IMG/VR virus record: IMGVR_UViG_3300023174_000082 | Span: 52,951-116,950 of that record | Length of the DNA stretch: 64,000 nt | From: a virus | Strand: one strand, 5' to 3' | In this document: one piece after another, positions 9,314 through 19,600 of the stretch | Layout of the letters: every line of letters begins with the position of its first letter | Numbering within the stretch: the first letter of the stretch is position 1 | The notes under the pieces: model-generated | The model's input: the letters and a program-made list of their open reading frames with translations, nothing else | What the model was told of the DNA's origin: nothing | The model's database searches: none | Made by a program: the position numbers and the translations under genes

Positions 9314-10408
9314 ATGTTTGATGCTATTAAACCATTGCTTGACAGCGGCTTGATCAACGAAGATGTTAGTAAAGAACTCAACGAAGCTTGGGAATCTAAA
9401 CTGACAGAAGCTCGTGAACTTGTACGTGCAGAACTTCGCGAGGAGTTTGCACAACGCTATGAGCATGACAAAACAGTGATGGTAGAAGCCCTAGATAAAA
9501 TGGTAACAGAAGGTCTTGCAGGAGAATTGGCCAATATTGCTGCTGAAAAGCAAGCATTGGCTGAAGACCGTGTGAAGTTTCAACACAAGATGAAAGAGTC
9601 AGCCACTAAGTTTAACAGCTTCTTGGTTACTAAACTTGCTGAAGAAATTTCTGAACTGCGTAAAGACCGTAAGATGCACACAGAAGGAGTTGCAAAACTT
9701 GAAAACTTCGTGGTGCATGCATTGGCAAAAGAAATTCAAGAATTTGCTGCTGACAAGCGTGATTTGGTTGAAACCAAAGTTCGCTTGGTAAGTGAAGCAC
9801 GTAACAAACTTGAAACTTTGAAAGCACGATTTGTTAAAGAAAGTGCCAACAAAATGAGCCAAGCTGTTAGCAAACATCTTAAGGCTGAATTGAATCAGTT
9901 ACAAGAAGACATCAAAGTTGCTCGCGAGAACAATTTTGGTCGTCGTATCTTTGAAGCATATGCTACCGAATTTGGTGCTACTCACTTGAATGAGAAAGCT
10001 GAAGTTCGTAAGTTGCATAACACAATTGCGCACAAAGACAAGAAATTGTCTGAGGCAATTAAACTCACCATGAAAGCAAAAGTCCTGGTTGAGAATAAAG
10101 AGCGCGAACTGCGTATGATTAAAGAATCCAATGAGCGTGACAGCACAATGGATGAATTGCTACGTCCCTTGAACAAGGAAAAGCAAGAAGTCATGCGTAA
10201 TTTGCTCGAAAGCGTCCAAACTAACCGTTTGAAAAACGCCTTCGAAAAGTATCTACCAGCAGTGTTGGAAGACCGCTCCGTGAAAGCCCACAAAGTGATC
10301 ACAGAAAACGTCACCGCAGTTACTGGTGATAAAACTGTTCCGAACCAGCAGTCCGCCCAAGAAGATCACAGCAATGTGATTGCACTCAAGCGCCTGGCAG
10401 GGCTTTAA
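9314..10408 (+). CDS. gp22: Prohead scaffold protein
   Basis: Coiled-coil and E/K-rich, RRIFEAY motif, located between protease and major capsid; SD AAGGAG. Confidence 0.88.
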   Translation: MFDAIKPLLDSGLINEDVSKELNEAWESKLTEARELVRAELREEFAQRYEHDKTVMVEALDKMVTEGLAGELANIAAEKQALAEDRVKFQHKMKESATKFNSFLVTKLAEEISELRKDRKMHTEGVAKLENFVVHALAKEIQEFAADKRDLVETKVRLVSEARNKLETLKARFVKESANKMSQAVSKHLKAELNQLQEDIKVARENNFGRRIFEAYATEFGATHLNEKAEVRKLHNTIAHKDKKLSEAIKLTMKAKVLVENKERELRMIKESNERDSTMDELLRPLNKEKQEVMRNLLESVQTNRLKNAFEKYLPAVLEDRSVKAHKVITENVTAVTGDKTVPNQQSAQEDHSNVIALKRLAGL

Positions 10409-10427
10409 AATTTTTTAGGAGACTTAA

Positions 10428-11624
10428 ATGTCACAAGAACTATTAGAAAGTCGTTGGGATGAGACCAAAGAGGCCCTGTTAGAAGGCCTCCAAGGCACCA
10501 AACGCAATAGCATGAAAGTTATTCTTGAGAATACTCGTCGCTATTTGAAAGAGAATGCTTCTTCTGGAAGTACTGTTTCTGGCAACATTGCCACACTTAA
10601 CCGTGTGATTCTGCCAGTTATCCGTCGTGTGATGCCAACTGTTATTGCTAACGAGTTGGTTGGTGTTCAGCCAATGACTGGCCCTGTTGGTCAAATCCAC
10701 ACCTTGCGTGTGCGATATGCTCAGAGCTTGACTGACAATTCTGCTGCTGCAACTTCTGTTACAGCCGGCCAAGAAGCATTGAGCCCATTCACAATTGCTA
10801 CAGCTTACTCTACTGTTCCACAAGGAACATCAACAGCTACAGCCTACACCGGCGGCTCAACAGCCAGCATGGAAGGTACTGGCGGTAAGCAAATCAGCGT
10901 TCAAATCTTGAAACAAGCTGTTGAAGCCAAGACCCGCAAGCTGCAAGCTCGTTGGACATTTGAATCTGCACAAGACGCACAAGCCATGCATGGTATTGAC
11001 GTTGAAGCAGAAATCATGGCTGCTCTAGCTCAAGAGATTACCGCTGAAATTGACCAAGAGATTCTTTTGAGCTTGCGCTCATTGGCATCTACTGAGTTCA
11101 CATACAACCAAGCTACCGTTTCGGGTACAGCTACATTCGTTGGTGACGAACACGCCGCTTTGGCAGTGTTGATCAACCGTGTTGCTAACTTGATCGCCCA
11201 ACGTACTCGTCGTGGCGCTGGTAACTACGCTGTTGTGTCTTCAGCTGCTCTGACAGTGTTGCAAAGTGCAACAACTTCAGCTTTTGCTCGTACCACAGAA
11301 GGCACCTTTGAAGCACCTACAAACACCAAGTTTGTTGGTACATTGAACGGCGCTATGCGTGTGTTCGTTGACAGTTATGCCAGCGATACAACTCCAGTTC
11401 TGGTTGGCTACAAAGGCTCTTCAGAAGCTGACGCTCCTGCATTCTACTGCCCATACATTCCTTTGATGAGCAGTGGTGTTGTGTTGGATCCAACAACCTT
11501 TGAACCAGTGGTGTCATTCATGACACGTTATGGTTACATTGAGTTGACCAACACTGCATCGTCATTCGGTAACGCCGGTGACTATGTGGGTGAGATCGCT
11601 GTATCTAACTTGTCATTCTCCTAA
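10428..11624 (+). CDS. gp23: Major capsid protein
   Basis: VGVQPMTGP, AKTRKLQARWT.E.AQD, EI..EID.EI, RRGAGN, FYCPYIPL and FMTRYG; SD AGGAG. Confidence 0.98.
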   Translation: MSQELLESRWDETKEALLEGLQGTKRNSMKVILENTRRYLKENASSGSTVSGNIATLNRVILPVIRRVMPTVIANELVGVQPMTGPVGQIHTLRVRYAQSLTDNSAAATSVTAGQEALSPFTIATAYSTVPQGTSTATAYTGGSTASMEGTGGKQISVQILKQAVEAKTRKLQARWTFESAQDAQAMHGIDVEAEIMAALAQEITAEIDQEILLSLRSLASTEFTYNQATVSGTATFVGDEHAALAVLINRVANLIAQRTRRGAGNYAVVSSAALTVLQSATTSAFARTTEGTFEAPTNTKFVGTLNGAMRVFVDSYASDTTPVLVGYKGSSEADAPAFYCPYIPLMSSGVVLDPTTFEPVVSFMTRYGYIELTNTASSFGNAGDYVGEIAVSNLSFS

Positions 11625-11654
11625 TCAGAGAACCAACCCAGGGATGGGAAGGAC

Positions 11655-11681
11655 AAAAAAAGCACCTTCGGGTGCTTTTTT
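11655..11681. terminator. Bidirectional rho-independent terminator
   Basis: AAAAAAA-GCACC-TTCG-GGTGC-TTTTTT (cUUCGg loop) between the convergent capsid and TPR-GT genes. Confidence 0.92.
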
Positions 11682-11687
11682 GTTGAC

Positions 11688-12836
11688 TTAAACTTTGAAC
11701 CAACCTAAGTATTGACTGACTTTTTTGGTAACTGCGGTCCAGTCATCAAAGTTTTCTTGTCTAAAAAGTCTAGCAGTCGAGTACCAAGGACTAGAATCTT
11801 GATTCAACAACCAACGCCAGTCCGTGCTGAATTTTTGTAGCATTATCCATGTGGGACGACCTAGTGATCCACTCAAGTGTGACACAGCAGTATCCACACC
11901 AATCACCACGTCCATGGCCATGATCAAGGCCGCAGTGTCTACAAAACTTTTAACGCTGCCAGGATAGGCTTGCACTCCTGCTTCAAGCAAGGCTGCTTCT
12001 TCTTCTGGATCAGCATCAACTTGCAAATTGATCCATTCGTATTGAGGATTAGATTTAATCATGTCTAGCATTACAGAGAACGGCACGCTCTTGTGTTGAT
12101 TGAGCCAGGAATCTCTGCGGCCGCTCCAACAAAAGCCCACACGCATGCGAGTTTTAGGACCCAGTATCTGCAACCACTCTTGCTGACGGCCTTGATCTAC
12201 ATTGAGATAGTTCACTGGCCTAGGCAAATTTTCCAACGTTACTCCAAGAATGCCTGGAATGCTCATGATAGGAATCCAATAATCAAACTCACCCATGTCG
12301 TCAGTGTATGTTCCTAACTGCTGAATGACGTCGCTAGATTGTAATAACGGAATCAATCCGTCAGTAACCTGAAGCTTGATTTTTGCTCCAGCCACATGCA
12401 AGTTGTACAAGAATCTGCAAAACTGAATGTTGTCTCCGTGGCCTTGTTCGCCTACTACAAGAATAGTTTTGTCTTTGAGATCTTCGCCACGCCAGCGAGG
12501 CTGTTGGTGTTTGGGTTCAGTTCCGGCAAGATGTTCGTATTGCCATCTTGATTCATAAGCTGGCCATCCATTGGTGTAATCGCCCATCAACAACAGTGCC
12601 ACCGCCAAATTGAACCTAGCAGTTACATTATTTGGATCAAGAAGAATTGCATGTTGCAAGAACGGAATGGCTCGCTGAGGATGGCCAATTTCTCGCATGA
12701 CATTGCCGTAGTTGTTGAATGCCGCAGCAGAATCCATGTCTTTGGCAAATGCCAATGCATAACATTGCAGGGCTTCACCGTATTGTCGGTCAGCTCGATG
12801 TTGGTTGCCTTGTGAAATTAAAAAATCAGTTTCCAT
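11688..12836 (-). CDS. TPR-repeat GT-B glycosyltransferase (GT9-like / FlmG-type architecture)
   Basis: N-terminal TPRs, then EQGHGDNIQF.RF, IPIMSIP, VGFCWSG and DVVIGVDTAVSHLSGSLGRPTW...WRW...SPWY. TAAATA at 12847-12842, 5 nt before the ATG. Confidence 0.85.
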   Translation of the reverse strand: METDFLISQGNQHRADRQYGEALQCYALAFAKDMDSAAAFNNYGNVMREIGHPQRAIPFLQHAILLDPNNVTARFNLAVALLLMGDYTNGWPAYESRWQYEHLAGTEPKHQQPRWRGEDLKDKTILVVGEQGHGDNIQFCRFLYNLHVAGAKIKLQVTDGLIPLLQSSDVIQQLGTYTDDMGEFDYWIPIMSIPGILGVTLENLPRPVNYLNVDQGRQQEWLQILGPKTRMRVGFCWSGRRDSWLNQHKSVPFSVMLDMIKSNPQYEWINLQVDADPEEEAALLEAGVQAYPGSVKSFVDTAALIMAMDVVIGVDTAVSHLSGSLGRPTWIMLQKFSTDWRWLLNQDSSPWYSTARLFRQENFDDWTAVTKKVSQYLGWFKV

Positions 12837-12878
12837 GGTACTATTTAATGGCTATATGAGTTGATTCTAACATTTCCA

Positions 12879-12972
12879 TAAATACTTGTCAACACAATAC
12901 GGTGTTTTATGCGGTTTAACCCGCCGCGTAGCGACTAGAACTCGCATCGGACTTCTGTAAGGAGAAACAAAA
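12879..12972 (+). promoter_or_regulatory. Late promoter plus structured 5' leader
   Basis: TAAATA at 12879. Stems TATGCGG/CCGCGTA, GCGA/TCGC and CGGTG/CATCG; CTTCT can pair with the SD AGGAG. Confidence 0.5.
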
Positions 12973-13758
12973 ATGGGACGTCCTCTTAAAATACAAAAAT
13001 CAAGCACTGGTTCAGGCAACGGCGGCGCAGCCGTTAGCGTCGACATTGGCTTTCCAAATTTTGGATCATTAACTGCCCCTGTGACCAACACAGGCGACAC
13101 ACTCAGTGCTACTGAATATCTTGGCGTGGTGGGTGGCGCAGCCCCTACTGATACACCAACTACAACCAATCCTAGAATTGACGTAATTGTGAACATTGCT
13201 GCACCTAGTGGATCTGGTATTGGTGTTGCCGCAGGATATATCATCCGTCAAAAAGGTTCACACAAATACCTAGTTGGTGATGCTACTGGCGTTAACGATG
13301 GCAGTTTTGTTGTTGGGCAAGCATATCAAATTTCCACAGTTGGCACAACCACTAACTGGACCGCAGCCGGTGCTCCTGCTAATTTTGGATTAGGCACAAT
13401 TTTCACAGCAACTTCTGTTGGGGGAGCTGGCAACGGCGCAGCATACTCGGTGGGTGTTTGTGTACTAGACGATGACACTACTCCAGCAGCTGGATTGATG
13501 GCTATCACATTTACAGTCACTGATTCTACTGCTACCACAATCTCCAAATTGACCAACAAGTTCTTGTTAGATTGGACTGGCGGTTCAACTTATGCGGCAG
13601 CAAGTGTTGTGGCTGACAAGCGTTATGCAACCAACTTCTTTACTGACGAAGGTACAGTTATCAAATCAGGTACTACTGCAACAGCAAACACAGGCACAGT
13701 ACAAAGCGGACAACAAAATCTGCTTGACTTGGCCATTGTTGACAACGTTACTTCTTAA
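12973..13758 (+). CDS. Putative virion structural protein (MGRPLKI family)
   Basis: Strong SD, late promoter, G/T/A-rich beta-type composition, YIIRQKG..KYLV motif. Confidence 0.65.
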   Translation: MGRPLKIQKSSTGSGNGGAAVSVDIGFPNFGSLTAPVTNTGDTLSATEYLGVVGGAAPTDTPTTTNPRIDVIVNIAAPSGSGIGVAAGYIIRQKGSHKYLVGDATGVNDGSFVVGQAYQISTVGTTTNWTAAGAPANFGLGTIFTATSVGGAGNGAAYSVGVCVLDDDTTPAAGLMAITFTVTDSTATTISKLTNKFLLDWTGGSTYAAASVVADKRYATNFFTDEGTVIKSGTTATANTGTVQSGQQNLLDLAIVDNVTS

Positions 13759-13775
13759 TTGATTTAACCCCTGAG

Positions 13776-13806
13776 TCCTCCTAGATAACTACTAGGAGGA
13801 TTTTTT
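13776..13806 (+). terminator. Terminator-like hairpin that also sequesters the next SD
   Basis: TCCTCCTAG-ATAACTA-CTAGGAGGA followed by TTTTTT and then ATG 13807. Confidence 0.7.
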
Positions 13807-14394
13807 ATGAGTTTTGGTTTTGTATTAGGCAACGGCGTTAGTCGATTAGAATTGAATTTGCAAACTCTCAAAGAGCTTGGTCCAACCTATGGATGCAATG
13901 CACTGCATCGAGAATTTGCACCCACTGTTTTGGTCAGCACAGACAAACCCATCAGTGAATCTATTCAACACAGTGGATATGCCAGTGAACACAGAATGTA
14001 TACTCGAAAACCCATACCGGGCTTAGGCGCACATAGAGTTCCAGATGATTATTTTGGATTCAGTTCAGGACCCATTGCAGTGGCTCTTGCGGCTATAGAT
14101 CAAAATCGTGCAGTGTATCTCATTGGATTTGATATGGGTCCCACAGCTGGGGACAGATTTAACAATGTGTATGCAGACACTGAATTTTACAAAAAAAGCT
14201 CTGCTCGCCCAACTTATACAGGAAATTGGGTCAAACAACTACAAAGAGTGTGCAAGGACTTTCCAGACGTTGGATTTTTCCGGGTAATGGGCAAAACCAC
14301 AGCGGCAATTTCTGAGTTACGGGGCATAAAAAATCTAGCTGCCATGCAAATGGAAGACTTTCAAAACCGCATAAATAACACAAAGGATCTTTAA
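13807..14394 (+). CDS. Maf/MptE-like (GT42 sialyltransferase-type fold) protein
   Basis: FVLGNGVSR, YGCNAL, L...D, SSG..A..LA and VYLIGFD, the pattern of DUF115/CstII-like proteins. Confidence 0.6.
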   Translation: MSFGFVLGNGVSRLELNLQTLKELGPTYGCNALHREFAPTVLVSTDKPISESIQHSGYASEHRMYTRKPIPGLGAHRVPDDYFGFSSGPIAVALAAIDQNRAVYLIGFDMGPTAGDRFNNVYADTEFYKKSSARPTYTGNWVKQLQRVCKDFPDVGFFRVMGKTTAAISELRGIKNLAAMQMEDFQNRINNTKDL

Positions 14395-15909
14395 ATGACT
14401 ACCTACAATCGTGTCGCAGGCAATTTGGTATTCCAATCTGTAGGAAATACCGACACAGTAACTTTTGAAGGCTTGACAGCCAATGCAGCCACGGTTGTGA
14501 TCAACGGTAACCTTTCAGTGACTGGAAACGCCGCACTTACAGGTAACATTTCAGGCGATAATATTTTCAACGGAACCACCAGTATTGCAATCCCTACTGC
14601 TAGTGGCAATGCAGTAATTTCAGTGGGTGGTGTATCCAATGTGGCAGTTTGGTCAACCACTGGTGTGGCTATTACCGGAACTGAATCTGTGACTGGTAAC
14701 GTCACAGGTGGCAACTTGCTCACAGCTGGCCAAGTGAGTGCTACAGGCAACGTCACTGGCGGAAATATGATTGCATCAAGCAATATTATTTTAAGTTATA
14801 CTTCGGGTGCAACCACAGATAGAATTCTGCGTTTTTCTGATGCCAATACCGCTATTACCACAGTCGGTGCTAACATTGGAGCAATTGAATGGTTTACGTC
14901 TGATTCGGCACCAGGAGCTAGAGTTACTGCTGCCATTAGAGCTGTGTACTCTGACTCTCTTGGCAATGCTAATATTTTAATTCAAACAGCCAATACCACA
15001 GCAGCCACTCGTATTGCTATCATTGGAGCATCTGGTAACGTGGGCGTGGCAAATACTGCGCCTTTGCATACTTTTGCAGTTAGTGGCACCATGTACGGGT
15101 CAAGTACTATGACCATAGTTGGTAACGTAGATGGTGGTAATTTGCGTACAGCCGGATTAATAACAGCAACAGGCAATGTAACCAGTGGTAATGTGGCCAC
15201 AGCTGGATTAATCTCTGCCACTGGCAACATCACTGGCGGTAATTTAATCAGCGTAAGTGCAATCGGCGCAGGAGCCGGCGGTGTTAGCACAACTGGTAAC
15301 GTTACAGGCGGTAACGTAGTCAGCCAGGGCATTATTACAGCAACTGGCAACATTACCAGCGGCAACGTGTTTATTGGTACTACTGCCAGTTTGACAGCCA
15401 ATGTTAATGCTGGAAATGCAGTGATCACAGCAAATGTGTCCAGCGCCAATCTCAGTGTTAGTACGCTGTTGACTGGTACAGGTATTGGTGTTCCAAATTA
15501 TGTAGTTCAATCTAGCGACGCTCCAATCTCGTCAGTAACTCCAGCTAACATTGGAACACTGACATTCACAGCAGTAGCCAACAATCGATATTACTTTGAA
15601 AGCTATATCACACTGGTACCAGACGGTTCAATGACTATTTCGCCCACTGTGAATTTTGCATCAGGCACTTGTAATTTTACAACTGAAACGCAAACAACCA
15701 CTACATCCGCATTTGCTACAGCCACAAAAACCACAAGTGATGACGTGGCAACTACCTATGCCAGTACCGGCACAACTGCTAGAACATTGAGAATATCGGG
15801 CACTTTCTTCAACACTGTAAACACCGCAGTGACCATGAGACTGCAAAATTCCACCGGTACAATGACCGCTAAAACAGGTTCTTACCTTATTTTCACCAAA
15901 GTTGCCTAA
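14395..15909 (+). CDS. Fibre-like virion protein with GNVTGGN repeats
   Basis: 504 aa with a central repeat region and a non-repetitive C-terminal beta domain; TAAATA at 14372. Confidence 0.7.
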   Translation: MTTYNRVAGNLVFQSVGNTDTVTFEGLTANAATVVINGNLSVTGNAALTGNISGDNIFNGTTSIAIPTASGNAVISVGGVSNVAVWSTTGVAITGTESVTGNVTGGNLLTAGQVSATGNVTGGNMIASSNIILSYTSGATTDRILRFSDANTAITTVGANIGAIEWFTSDSAPGARVTAAIRAVYSDSLGNANILIQTANTTAATRIAIIGASGNVGVANTAPLHTFAVSGTMYGSSTMTIVGNVDGGNLRTAGLITATGNVTSGNVATAGLISATGNITGGNLISVSAIGAGAGGVSTTGNVTGGNVVSQGIITATGNITSGNVFIGTTASLTANVNAGNAVITANVSSANLSVSTLLTGTGIGVPNYVVQSSDAPISSVTPANIGTLTFTAVANNRYYFESYITLVPDGSMTISPTVNFASGTCNFTTETQTTTTSAFATATKTTSDDVATTYASTGTTARTLRISGTFFNTVNTAVTMRLQNSTGTMTAKTGSYLIFTKVA

Positions 15910-15920
15910 AACGGTAAACT

Positions 15921-15950
15921 GGATCTTATGGTAAATACACCAGAGGATCC
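15921..15950 (+). promoter_or_regulatory. Hairpin with a late promoter box at its loop
   Basis: GGATCTTATGGT-AAATAC-ACCAGAGGATCC. TAAATA at 15932-37; GAGG lies in the 3' arm. Confidence 0.55.
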
Positions 15951-15959
15951 TGTAAACCT

Positions 15960-16661
15960 ATGGCACAACAAATAATTGACACCGGCGCCGCAGCCAATGA
16001 TGGCACGGGCGAGCCATTGCGTGACGCATTTACTGCTGTAAATGATAATTTTACAGAAATTTATGCCGCAGGTCCTGTTGGCAGCAATGTTGTTATTGCC
16101 AACAATGTAATTTCTGTCAACGGTCTTAATTCCAATTTGGTGCTAGCCGCTAATGGTATTGGAAACATCCAGGCCAATAGTTCCATTATGCCTTCAATTG
16201 ATTCTGTGTATGACATAGGATCTCCAACCAAACGAGTTGACACAGTTTATGCTTCGTATTTTGTGGGCAATGGCAGCTTACTTACAGGTATTGCTGGTGG
16301 GTCTGGCAACGGAACTGCCATTGCAAACGGCACGTCAAATGTGGCTGTTCGCAGCTCGGGAGGCAATGTCACAATTGGCATTGGCGGAACTGGCAATGTG
16401 GCTGTGTTTTACAACAACGGTCTTACTCTCAGCGGTAATTTACAAGCTGCAAATATTCTCAGCACTGGCTTGGTCAGTGCTTCGGGCAACGTCACTGGTG
16501 GCAATATCAGAGCTACTAGCAATATCTACATTGGTAATACTGTTTTTACCAGAACATTGACTGTGGGAACTAGAACCACTCCAGTGTCTGTGCCATTGGC
16601 CAGTAACAACAGTTTTAATGTTTTAACTCGCACCGGCAACGTGGTCGTGTATACCACATAA
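15960..16661 (+). CDS. Fibre/baseplate attachment protein with T4 gp9/gp10-like N-terminus
   Basis: QIIDTGAAANDGTGEPLRDAFTAVNDNFTEIY matches the gp9/gp10 DGTGD.LR..N.NF.E.Y motif, followed by fibre repeats. Confidence 0.75.
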   Translation: MAQQIIDTGAAANDGTGEPLRDAFTAVNDNFTEIYAAGPVGSNVVIANNVISVNGLNSNLVLAANGIGNIQANSSIMPSIDSVYDIGSPTKRVDTVYASYFVGNGSLLTGIAGGSGNGTAIANGTSNVAVRSSGGNVTIGIGGTGNVAVFYNNGLTLSGNLQAANILSTGLVSASGNVTGGNIRATSNIYIGNTVFTRTLTVGTRTTPVSVPLASNNSFNVLTRTGNVVVYTT

Positions 16662-16683
16662 ATAATAAAATTGGATTAAGATA

Positions 16684-19600
16684 ATGGCAAACAAGATTCC
16701 GTTAGTAGTAAACACAGGTAGCGCACAGATTCAAGAGCTGGCCAGTGGCGATAATTTGCTGTTGACCAACAATGATATTTTGGGTGTAGGCAGTATCACT
16801 GCTGCCAATAACATTGTTGCTAGTGGCAATATTTACGGTACGTATTTTATCGGTAACGGTTCACAGTTAACTGGGCTTGCCACTGGCAATTCCACTGCTA
16901 TTGAAAGTGGAACATCTAACGTTGCTGTTGTAAGTTCAGGCGGCAATGTCACTGTTGGTATTGCTGGCACCAGTAATGTGGTTGTGGTTGGAACCAACAC
17001 AGTCACAGTCAAAGCCAATATTCTTCCTGCTGCCAACGTAACCTACAGTCTTGGTAGCCCAACAGCACAGTTTAACGATCTTTATCTTTCCAACAGCACT
17101 ATTTTCCTAGGCAATGCCACAATCAGTGCTAACTCAACTGCTGTTATAATGACCAACGAAAGTGGTCAACAAACTGTAATTAGCGGCAGCGGAACCATTA
17201 CAAGTTATGGCAATGCCAATGTGGCATCTTATCTTGCCAGTGGCACAGACACCAGCAACATTATCACCACTGGTAATGTTCAGGGCACTTATATCTTAGG
17301 CAACGGTAGTCAGTTAACTGGCTTGCCTGCAACGTACGGCAACGCCAATGTAGCAGCCAACTTGGCTGCATTTGGTTCAAATCCAATTTTGACCACAGGC
17401 AACGTCACCGCTGGATATGTGTTTGGTAATGGTTCACAACTGACTGGTCTGCCTGCAACATACGGCAATTCAAACGTTGCTGCATATTTGCCAACCTACT
17501 CAGGCAACATTGGCGCACTCGTTGCTAATGGCAACATACAAGTTGTCAACGGTATCTTCATTGGTAACGGTGCTGGATTGACTGGGGTTGTGGCCAGCGG
17601 CAACGTTGGTGCAGCAAGTAAACTCACAAACGGCACAACAGAATTTAACATTCCTGTAGCCAACGGCAACGTGGTTGGTAACATTGGTGGCGTGACCAAC
17701 GTTTATACTTTTGCTTCAACGGGAATGAGTGTTGTTGGTAACGTAACAGCAAACTACTTTATTGGTAACGGTAGTCAGTTAACTGGATTACCTGCCAGCT
17801 ATGCAGATTCAAATGTTACAACATTACTGGCTGCATTTGGTTCAAACGCAATATCAACCACAGGCACAGTCACAGCAGGTAATGTCACTGGTGGTAATTT
17901 ATTAACAGGTGGACAAGTTGTTGCTACTGCCAATGTGTCAGGTGGTAACTTAAACACAGCAGGACAAGTAAGTGCCACTGGTAACATCACAGGCGGTAAT
18001 ATTACCACTGCTGGGGTGTTAAAAATATCAGGGTCATCAGCTTATATAGATGTAGCAGGTACAGGTTTCATTCAAAATGCTGGCATGGGCGAGATGCAAA
18101 TCAGTACAACTGCCAGCAGACCACTCATAATCAACACTAATGCTGGTGCTTATGGATGGAACTTTGGCATAACTGGTAATCTGACTGCACCTGGTGCAAT
18201 TTCTGCTGTGGGTAATGTAACTGGCAACTATATCATTGGTAATGGATCACAGCTGACAGGTTTGCCAGCAGGTTATGCTGATTCAAACGTGACCACATTG
18301 TTGGCAGCATTGGGTTCTAATGTTATCAGTGGCACAGGCAATATCACAACCACTGCTAACATTTCAGGTGGATACATTTTAGGTAATGGTAGTGCATTGA
18401 CAGGTTTGCCAGCAGGCTATGCAAACTCAGATGTTTCAACATACTTGGCCAGTGGAACCAATACATCAAACATCATTACTTCTGCCAATGTCAGCGGTGG
18501 TAATTTGTTGTCGTCAGGTCAGGTCAGCGTTGCTGGCAATGTTACTGCCAACAACATCAACACTACTCAAAGCGTGACTGGCACAGTGATCAGTGCTTCA
18601 GGCAACATCACAGGTGGTAATGTAAACACAGGCGGACAAGTTGTTGCCACAGCTAATGTGTCAGGTGGTAATTTGACCACAGCAGGACAAGTTGTAGCTA
18701 CAGGTAATATCACTTCAGCAGCCAATGTATCAGGTGGTAACATTACCACAGCCGGGTTGATCAGCGCAACTGCTAGTGTCTTGACAGGTGGAGTGATTGT
18801 TGCAACTGGTAACGTTACTGGTGGTAATTTAATAACCGGCGGCGTAGTCAGTGCATCTGGTAACCTTAGTGCAATTGGCAACGTAACTGGTGGCAATTTA
18901 ACCACAGCAGGATTGATTACTGCCACAGGTAACATTGACGGTGGAAACGTTCGTACCCAAGGTGTTGTTAGTGCCGCAGGTAATATTATTACCACAGGTT
19001 ACTTTGTGGGTAACTTTGCCGGTAACATCACTGGTAACTTAACTGTTCCTGGTTCAAACACACAAGTTCTTTACAATGCCAATGGCAATGCTGGCGCAGT
19101 AGCAGGATTTACATATAACACCGGCTCTAACACAATGACTGTGTTGGGAGTTGTATCTGCACAAGGCAATGTGATAGCTGGCAACGTGACCACAGTTGGT
19201 CAAGTCAGTGCCACAGGCAACGTGACTGGCAATTACTTTGTTGGTAATGGTGCATTGTTAACAGGTGTTGCAACAGGCACACCTACTCAAATTGTCAGCG
19301 GAACATCAAATGTTTCTATTGTAAGCTCTGGTGGCAACGTAGCAGTTGGCGTTGGCGGAACTGCCAATGTGGCAGTATATGCTGCAACTGGTGAATATGT
19401 TACAGGATTAATTTCAGCATCAGGCAACGTGTCTGGTGGTAATTTGAACACAGCAGGACAAGTAAGTGCTACTGGTAACGTTACTGGTGGTAACATAATA
19501 TTTGGTGCAGGTCAAATCACCGGTACAGGCAACATTGTTACCACAGGTAACTTAGTAACAGATCAGCTAGTGGTAACTGGCGCAGTAAGCCATCCAAGTT

